A DNA stretch of 45,206 nucleotides, counting the filler, from Jimgerdemannia flammicorona (taxonomy: Eukaryota): NCBI GenBank assembly GCA_003990765.1. It is 2 parts of 2 records of this genome, joined end to end, with 100 filler letters (N's around TTAATTAATTAA, not from the genome) between each part and the next. Parts side by side here need not be neighbours in the genome. Positions count along the whole stretch, not along the records: positions 22,658 to 45,206 come from RBNJ01001251.1; 1 more part is not named here. One strand, given 5' to 3'. Positions 35,507 to 45,206 of the stretch are shown piece by piece (position 1 is the stretch's first letter; each line of letters begins with the position of its first letter). The position numbers were made by a program, and so were the translations under genes. A model generated the notes under the pieces. That model had not been told where the DNA came from and did no database searches. It was given only the letters and a program-made list of their open reading frames with translations.

Positions 35507-35951
35507 ATGCACGACAACCTCGATACCCCTCTCAACCAGGAGCTGGAGTCGGGCAAGCAACACACGATGGCCAGCCTCGTCCGCATGTTCAATCCCAATC
35601 CGTGGCGACACGTCTCACATGAGAACGAGGACCCACACCGAAATGATGCGCGGCATCATCATGGGCTTAACCGTCCCCTTTGCTCTGGCCGCCGGCCTAA
35701 GCACACTGGAAAAGTCTGAGATCGTCGTCTACGGCGGCGTCGCAGGTGCATACGAAAACATGAATTGCTTGGTTGAAGCTCGTGAATGGAGGGGGGGGGT
35801 TCCGAGATCGAGCATTACAAGACCGAGCGCCGTCGTCCCCACGCGAAGTGGTGGAATGCCCCGAGGCCGAGGAGATTGTGGAGATCCTAGAGCCCAATGG
35901 CCTGGACCGCGAGACCTTGCGTCCGCTAATCGAGTGCCCCGATCGCCTTGA
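35507..35951 (+). pseudogene. VIT1/CCC1 vacuolar iron transporter pseudogene fragment
   Basis: MMRGIIMGLTVPFALAAGLS...IVVYGGVA matches the CCC1 N-terminus but lacks the conserved SDGL of IGLSDGLTVPFAL. REVVECPEAEEIVEILEPNGL lies in another frame. No C-terminal TM half. Confidence 0.7.
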
Positions 35952-36501
35952 GTACTGCAAATTTAAATATTTCAGTGCTACTATCAAACTCTGCTCATCG
36001 AAGGGTGTTCTCGTCAGTGTTAGCGAAGCAAAGATGTTTGATCGAGGCAGTCATGTAATGGCCCCACGCTCAGATTTTTGGGTCGTGCAGGGTGATAAGG
36101 AAGACGCCTGAAAAAAAAAATTGAATGGCACGTGACGCGCTAGCTGGATGTGTGGGACGTGGGGACGGGAAAGATTGTGGGATTGAAATAAGAGCGGTAA
36201 CCCTCCTTCGCACGAACTTTTTGCCGAGCAAGATTGCCATACCATCATTGTTTTTCAGTGCAATTATGTCATGGCACGTCTTTTTGACTGTAATTCGTTG
36301 GTACCCCACAGGTGCTCTCAATACCGCTTTCCTTATAGTATCCACGAACACAGGGAACCGACATTTATCCAAGGATTTATATTATCATGAATACTTATAC
36401 TTCATACATAGCATGCCCTACATTGCTACGGTCAGTCCGCCATTTAGGCTCTCCATCGCGAAGGCAACTTCCGCCTTTAAAATTCCAGACCCCATCACTC
36501 C

Positions 36502-37811
36502 TCACTTCAACCTCAACGGCAACCCCTGCTCATTCAACAAGCTCTCTTCCTTACCCAGAACCCTCGGTCCATCCGCGACCTCGGTGTGCAGCAGCCTGCT
36601 GACGCTCCCGACGGGGAACACAGGTATGACGTTTTGATTAAACTTATCATGGGTGTGGGGTAGGTTCGATCCGACGACCTCGCCCTCCGGGAAGAAGTTG
36701 TAGGGGTCGACGAAGTCGGCGCCGGGAAAATAGCGTGTGATAAGATGTATGATCTCCTTCATGTTTTGCTTGGGCGCATAAATGACGGCGTTGGGTCCGG
36801 CGTCGTACGTGTAAGCGGCCTTGAGCCTTCCATCGGGGCTGGTTGCGTTGTATTCATGAATGAGTCGGATGATGGCGCGAGAGACGTCGTTGAGGTAGAA
36901 GATGGGCGGGAAAGTGTCGAGGCATACGGCGTGGAACTGGTTCGAGTCGCGCATAGTTATCTCCGCAAAGGTCTGGAAGTCGCGGTCGAGGATGGCCTTC
37001 TTCATGTCGCGCATGCGCTCTGGGACGACGTCACGGATGCGGTGCTGGAGGAGCGGGGAGGTAGCGACGGTGTTCTGCATGCCCTCAGTGGATGACGTTC
37101 CCTTCTTTGCATCGTCAACGACGCAGATGAGGGCCTGGAGTTCGGGCCAGTGGGTCTCGGGGGCGACCTGGACGGCGAGGGAGTCGGCGCCGTCGTCGCG
37201 GGATCCCATCTCCCAAGCGACAAAGCCGCCGAAGAGAGAGCGGCATGCGGACCCGGAACCCTGGCGGGCGATGCGGGAGAGGTCGGACGTTGAGGTCGGG
37301 AGGTCGAAGAGGCGGGCGAGGGTGAAGACGAGGGCGGCGAGTCCTGAGGCCGAGGAGGCAAGGCCGGCAGCGGTGGGGAAATTGTTCTCCGAGCAGACGT
37401 GGACCGGGTAGGTGGAAAGAGGCTCGAGGGGCTCGGCGGAGGAGTCTTCGAGTTGCTTGCGGAGAGCGCGGGTCTCACGGAAGCAGTTGTGCATGCGCTT
37501 GTTCTTGGTGATATCCTCCTCCTTGCCGTTGAGCCAGAGGCGGTCGTGGGAGAAATCTGGAGAGGCGGCGATGGTGGTCTTGGAATGGAGGATGTCTTGA
37601 GAGAGGGTTACGGAGAGGGAGTCATTGGTGGGGAGGATAAGGGCCGCGTTGCGCTTGCCCCAGTATTTGATGACCTGACAAGTATCATTGAGAAGATACG
37701 ATTAACGGATTTTTGGCGAGATCGGTCAAGGGTTTGGTGGAAGTGTGTGGTTCAGGGTGGAGAACTTACTGCGATGTTGACAGGAGCGGTGCAAGTTACG
37801 ACTTTGACCAT
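36502..37811 (-). CDS. MVD1: Diphosphomevalonate decarboxylase (exons 37811-37770, 37674-36502)
   Basis: TAPVNIA|VIKYWGKR, LPTN.SLSVTL, NNFPTAAGLASSASG, ARQGSGSACRSLFGG, RDSNQFHAVCLDT.PPIFY and AYTYDAGPNAV. Confidence 0.97.
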
Positions 37812-38301
37812 TATTGCGTTTGCACTCGAGGTCGGGGCAAGAGGTGTAGAGAAGAGCCACAAAACTCGGTCGGTGAACTTTATTATTACGAGGAAAAACA
37901 GGCACGTTAGGTTCGTCATCAAAATGTATTACGCAAAGCAGGCATGCCCATGCCCACCCTCCGTGTGGATGATGATACAGCTATATGTAGTATTATAGTG
38001 AAAGCATGGGAAAATACAGTAATAACGTAAGGTTGGAGTAATAGGACGGGGGTTCTTTGCTTTGTAGCATGCAACGTAAGATTTAATGTAATGTCTCACG
38101 TAAGGTTTACCATTTGTACATTATCTATATCCTGGATAACCAATTTTTTTCATGCTTATAACAACTTGACGTTAGTGAATGTAAATAATTATATTTCGTC
38201 AGAGTTTATTACATTACGGCATTACGGATGTTCGCGGCTTATCATCTTTTCAAAAAAGATTACAAGTCACCCCCCTCTCAACACCTAATTACCTAATTGC
38301 T

Positions 38302-39612
38302 ATGGATCTGGGCCTAAACCGCATCCACCGCCTCCTTCACGCCCTCAACTCCCCCCACACGCGCTTCCAAACGATCCACGTAGCCGGCACGAACGGCAAG
38401 GGCTCCGTCTGTGCATATACCTCCTCGATCCTACAAGCAGCCGGCTACCGCGTGGGCCGCTACAACTCTCCGCACCTCCTCGAACCGCGCGACGCCATAC
38501 GCGTGGACGGTGTGGCGCCTACACCTGCCGAATTCGTCCTCGCTCGCAACGCCGTCGCGAAGGCGGACATCGAAGCCGAGACGTGCGCCATGTCGTTCGA
38601 GCTCCTGACGGCAGCGGCATTCTGGTGGTTTGAGCGACGCGGGGTCGAGGTGGCGGTGGTTGAGGTCGGGTTGGGTGGTCGGCTGGACGCGACGAACGTG
38701 TTCGAGAGACCAGCCGTGAGCATTGTGACGGCGATTGGTATGGACCATGCGAACGTGTTGGGGAATACGGTGGAGAAGATCGCGATGGAGAAGGCTGGGA
38801 TTATGAAGCCTCGAAGCAGGGTCGTCATTGCGCCGCAGTCTGAGATGGATGCAAAGCGGGCGCTGATACAAAAGGCGGAGGAGCTCGGATGCGAATGCGT
38901 ACTAGTTGAACCGGCGCGGTGGGTTGGAGGGCGAGAAGGGTGGGCGAATGTTTTGGTCGCAGAGGAGGGTAAGGCGGACGTGCGGGAGATCAGCTTCCCC
39001 ATCCCGCTGAACGGCCATTACCAGCTGGAAAATGCCGCGACGGCTGTACGAGCCGTGCACGTTCTCCGCACGACGATCCCAGCGTTCGCGGGGATTAAGG
39101 ATGCCCACATCGTTGAGGGCATGCATCGAACAAGGTGGCCGGGCAGATTGGACATCGTCACCGGGGCCGCGCTTTCAGCACAGGGGTTGCGCGAGGTGAT
39201 TGTGGATGGTGCGCACAACCCTGCTGCGGCGCGTCCCTTGCGGACATTTGTCGACCAAAAGCTTCTCGAATCCGGTGCGACGGGCAAGGTGCGCTGGGTG
39301 TTGGCGGCGACACAGGGGAAGGATATTGGGGAGATCGTGCGGCTACTGGTACGGCCCGGGGATGTGGTAGCGGCAGCGGAATTTTCGCAGCCGGAGGGTA
39401 TGCCATGGGTGTGTGCGACGGGGGCAGAGGAGATTGTGAGGGTCGTGGAGGAAATGGTGCTTGGATGTGTAGCTAGGGGATTTGGGACGGTGGAGGAGGC
39501 GTTGAGATGGATAGGGGAGGATGTGGGAAAGGAGGATGTGGTTGTTTTGTGCGGGTCATTGTATTTCGTAGCGGATTTTTATAGGTTCGTGGGGGTTACG
39601 GAGGGATATTGA
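38302..39612 (+). CDS. Dihydrofolate synthase / folylpolyglutamate synthase (FolC/FOL3-type), 436 aa, intronless
   Basis: MDLGL.RI, IHVAGTNGKGS, YNSPHL, EVGLGGRLDATN, EKAGI.K, Q.ENA, WPGRL, DGAHN and GSLY. Confidence 0.93.
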   Translation: MDLGLNRIHRLLHALNSPHTRFQTIHVAGTNGKGSVCAYTSSILQAAGYRVGRYNSPHLLEPRDAIRVDGVAPTPAEFVLARNAVAKADIEAETCAMSFELLTAAAFWWFERRGVEVAVVEVGLGGRLDATNVFERPAVSIVTAIGMDHANVLGNTVEKIAMEKAGIMKPRSRVVIAPQSEMDAKRALIQKAEELGCECVLVEPARWVGGREGWANVLVAEEGKADVREISFPIPLNGHYQLENAATAVRAVHVLRTTIPAFAGIKDAHIVEGMHRTRWPGRLDIVTGAALSAQGLREVIVDGAHNPAAARPLRTFVDQKLLESGATGKVRWVLAATQGKDIGEIVRLLVRPGDVVAAAEFSQPEGMPWVCATGAEEIVRVVEEMVLGCVARGFGTVEEALRWIGEDVGKEDVVVLCGSLYFVADFYRFVGVTEGY

Positions 39613-40100
39613 GGATTGAATGGGTTAGAGTCTTGGTTAACACATGCATTGTAGATGGCGGATAGACCGTTGCTAGGTATACCGTGAGTTCAATGGAGTC
39701 TTACTTTGGAGAAGGGGGCCGAATTTGCTGCCTGCTTTGTATTACATTCTTGACTCGAACTGGGGTTACAATTACAGTTTCTCCTAAGTATATACATCAC
39801 ATGCAACACGAAACTGTCCGAAGGTATGGGCTGTCACTCATACGTGACTTTTTTTCTGCCGCCAGACTGCCTTATCCCTCCAACCGATAGCATAGCCTGA
39901 CGAAACTTGATTCGCACTTGAATGGGCGAGGCAAGCCACCCAATCGTCCCCCTTGTACCCCCCGATCGAAATAATTTTTTTTGAATTGACGTCACTGGCA
40001 ACCTTGAAATCCCTATCGTTCCTCCGATCGCTCTGACTTCTTACCAACGCGAGCAACCCGCCGCATCTGCCCCATTCCAAAGCTCGAAAATAAGAAAACA

Positions 40101-42274
<2,174 letters not shown>

Positions 42275-42929
42275 AGTTGTAGAGTTGGCTGCACGGGATG
42301 TCACCTTGTTCAATATCTCTCGCTTTGATACCCTTTTTATTCTGATCCGTTAATCCACCTTAATATTAGAAAAATGTTTTGGCACCTGCCAATGTTCTCA
42401 CTTAATTTCAAACTGTTGGGACTCTAATCCCGATCTTAATAAAAGCTAGAGGAACGTTTGGAGACTTCATGTATGCGTGCGATCTTTACGAGCTTCTAAT
42501 CAACCTCCGCTCTACGAGTACCTTGACCGCCTCAAACAAAGACGAAAAGACGGAAGTCGACGGTTTCGACAGCACTCCCGCTACCCTGGATCTCATTGTC
42601 CCCATCGTTGAGCTTGGCCTTGATGCCCACCATTGAGGCTCTTAAAGAGTAGCTATTGCCAGATTGATACGTTTGGCCAACGCCAGGTACCTAATGGAAA
42701 TACAAAGTGAATAAAACGGATTGTGTGATATGATCAGACATATTGATCTACGTACCTTCAGCAACTCTGTCTTCTGCAGCTCGACAACACGCCAAAAAAT
42801 TGTTCACGCTGTCAGGTCTCGTCTCCAACTTCGCAGGCGGTGAGAAAGACAAAGGAGAAAAACAAACGAATGGTGAGTACACTACGGCAGAAAGCTTTTC
42901 CACAACATATAGTCATGGTCAACACAACG

Positions 42930-43465
42930 CTTGCTTTGGTCCACTTCCAGTGAAGTGAAGCAATCGTCCGCACTACCCAGAAAATGGTGCACGCTCTTCG
43001 GCGGGGTCGAAACCTTTTCCATTGCGTGATGGTAGGCGATGATGTGCTATGCCATGTACACACCACCACAGCCACGAAGTTTAGCTTTTGTCCCCTGGGA
43101 TGCATGCACAAGGGCCTCATAAAAGATAACTCAAACATGATATGCTATCACCATTACAATTACGAAGGTCGCTTTGGTCCCTGGGGTGTCTGACTTTCAG
43201 CGAAGTGCAGACTTCGGGTACAAGGGCACCATAGAGGAGAGCGCAAACAACCGCATGATCTAAATGGATTATATGCTCTTCGGCGGAGTCGAAACCTTGA
43301 CCTGTAACGGTAGCTAATGTATATACTTACTGTCCCACATGAAACCAACACAGACACAAAATCTGTTAGGTGTTCAAGTAAAATACAAACTTCGAACCAT
43401 GCACTCATCGGCGGAATCGAAACCTTTCCCGCCAAACCCTGTAACGGTAGCCGATGATGCACTTG
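42930..43465 (+). repeat. Three dispersed degenerate copies of a ~50-60-bp motif plus a second recurring motif
   Basis: ctcwtcggcggrrtcgaaacctt occurs at ~42995, ~43277 and ~43404. gctttkgtcc occurs at ~42933, ~43084 and ~43171. Confidence 0.65.
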
Positions 43466-43859
43466 GTGATGCTCTCACTCTTATGCATGCAAGTTGTTTT
43501 GTGCAGGTTTCCTAAAACATGCTTCATCTTGTTTTTGCATTTGGTTTCCAGAGTTGTACTGGCTTGCAGTGTACTCTACATCTGCCTTGTACCATAAGTA
43601 CTCCTTAGCTTTGCTTAGAGGTATTTGTTAAGCAGTTATCTGATGCTACATACTCAGAGACTAGGGGTTGTAATATTTTTCCAATATTCTTCAAAAGAGT
43701 CAGAGGTTTAACAGATAGGTGTTGTTCGGAGAATATTCACATAGTTGGATTTCTACAGATAGTTATCTTGAATTCATAATGGTGGAAGAGAGGTAGATTT
43801 GGGGGGGGGGGGAATCTTATGACATTATGCAATTGATATCAATTCTTTACTACTGTTTT

Positions 43860-45206
43860 ATATTAGATTAAAATGAAAAAGAAAATTAATATTATTGTAA
43901 AATTATATTTTATAATTTTTATTTATAATAATATTTTACTTTAGCTTACTTATTTGTTAAAATATCAGTTTATTTAAAATATAAAAAAGAGATAAAAAGA
44001 AAAAGAAAAATAGTTTAATAGAATTTATTAGACTTTACTAATTCTCAAATTATATTAAAGTTTTTAGTACTATATTTATACTATTTTTTTAAGTAATAAT
44101 AATAATAAAAACTAAGAAAAAAAATTTTTTTTTTTAATATAATGTTTTAATATTAAATTATAAAATAAAATATTACTTTATTAATATTAATATATTTTAT
44201 AATATATTATATTTTTTATAATATAAACTTCATATTAAATAGTTATAATTCAAGAAATTTTACTAATTATTTATTTAGTATTAATCTAATTAATATATAA
44301 GTAGTTTTTTAAATAAATTAAATTAAGATCCAATTAATAGTCAAACTTTAAAATATAATAACTTAGTAAAAATATATCTATTTAGATAAAATAAATTTAA
44401 TAAATAAAAATTATCAAATTTGAATATATTTTTATCAAATTATTAAATTTTGAAAATTTAAATTTAAATTAAAACTTAAATTAATCTATAATTCAATTTA
44501 AATATTTTAAATCAAATTTAATTTAATTTAATTTATTAGAAGTACTATAAATAAATTATTAATTATTATATATTTTTTAATATTATTTTAAATCTTTTAT
44601 ATTTAAAGATTAATAAAAATAAAATAAAAATAAAATAAAAAACTACTATAATAAAAAATAGTATTAATTTTATTAAGTATAAATTAATTAATTCAATATA
44701 ATTATATTTTTTTATTTTTATTTATTAAACTAATCTATATAACTTTAAAATAAAATATCAAATTCTTAAATAGATAAAAATTTAGAACAATAAGATAGAT
44801 ATAGTTAAAATTAGTAATTCTAAATAAATCAAATTAATTTGATTTAAAATTAAAAGTCAAACTTTAAAATACAAAATTCAATCAAAATATATTTAAATTT
44901 AATAATATTTATTATATTAGATTTTTCTAGATAAGATAAATCTAATAAGCTAAATTTTGTCAAATTTGAATATATTTTTATTAAGTTATTAAATTGAAAC
45001 TTAAATTAAATTAGACCTCAATTTGATTTAAATTGAATTGAATTAAAGTTAATTTAATTCAATTCATTCTGAGTACTAGTTAAAATATTTTTATCTAAAA
45101 CTTACTTTTAATATAACTTATAATTAAGAAATTTTAACTTTAGTTATTTTATAATAATACTTATTAGGATCTAAATATTAAAGCTTTTTTTTTTTTTTTT
45201 TTTTTT
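43860..45206. repeat. AT-rich decayed repeat DNA with two tandem copies of a transposon-end-like segment
   Basis: agtcaaactttaaaata...tcaaatttgaatatatttttat occurs at ~44339-44435 and ~44855-44981. The copies end in agtacta at 44547 and 45078. Confidence 0.7.

Overview
Eukaryotic (fungal) genomic DNA. Protein families and intron style suggest an early-diverging Mucoromycota-type fungus; this is inference. GC-rich, CpG-containing gene islands alternate with AT-rich, CpG-stripped transposon relics (1-~8950, ~20950-22557, ~30700-31190, ~43860-45206). An N-gap with an artificial TTAATTAATTAA spacer (22558-22657) splits the window into two contigs whose adjacency is not guaranteed. Left contig: a decayed Ty3/gypsy-like LTR relic, a decayed intron-containing hAT transposase, a GT10 fucosyltransferase-like gene, an AIG2-like gamma-glutamylcyclotransferase, AP-1 sigma, a 945-aa PC-esterase/SGNH-like protein with an insert of six KR (Kex2-type) sites, MPC1 (with a 4-nt microexon) and a JJJ1/DNAJC21-type DnaJ. 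Right contig: a truncated secreted 3D-domain-like protein, a GPI-type Cys-rich protein, a 4-TM membrane protein, an F-box/LRR gene, and a ~10.6 kb block with three sterol-pathway genes (sterol O-acyltransferase, MVD1/ERG19, ERG1) interleaved with a folC/FOL3-type gene and a VIT1/CCC1 pseudogene. Exon boundaries were derived by hand from GT..AG sites and frame continuity. Family assignments come from recognised motifs, not database searches.
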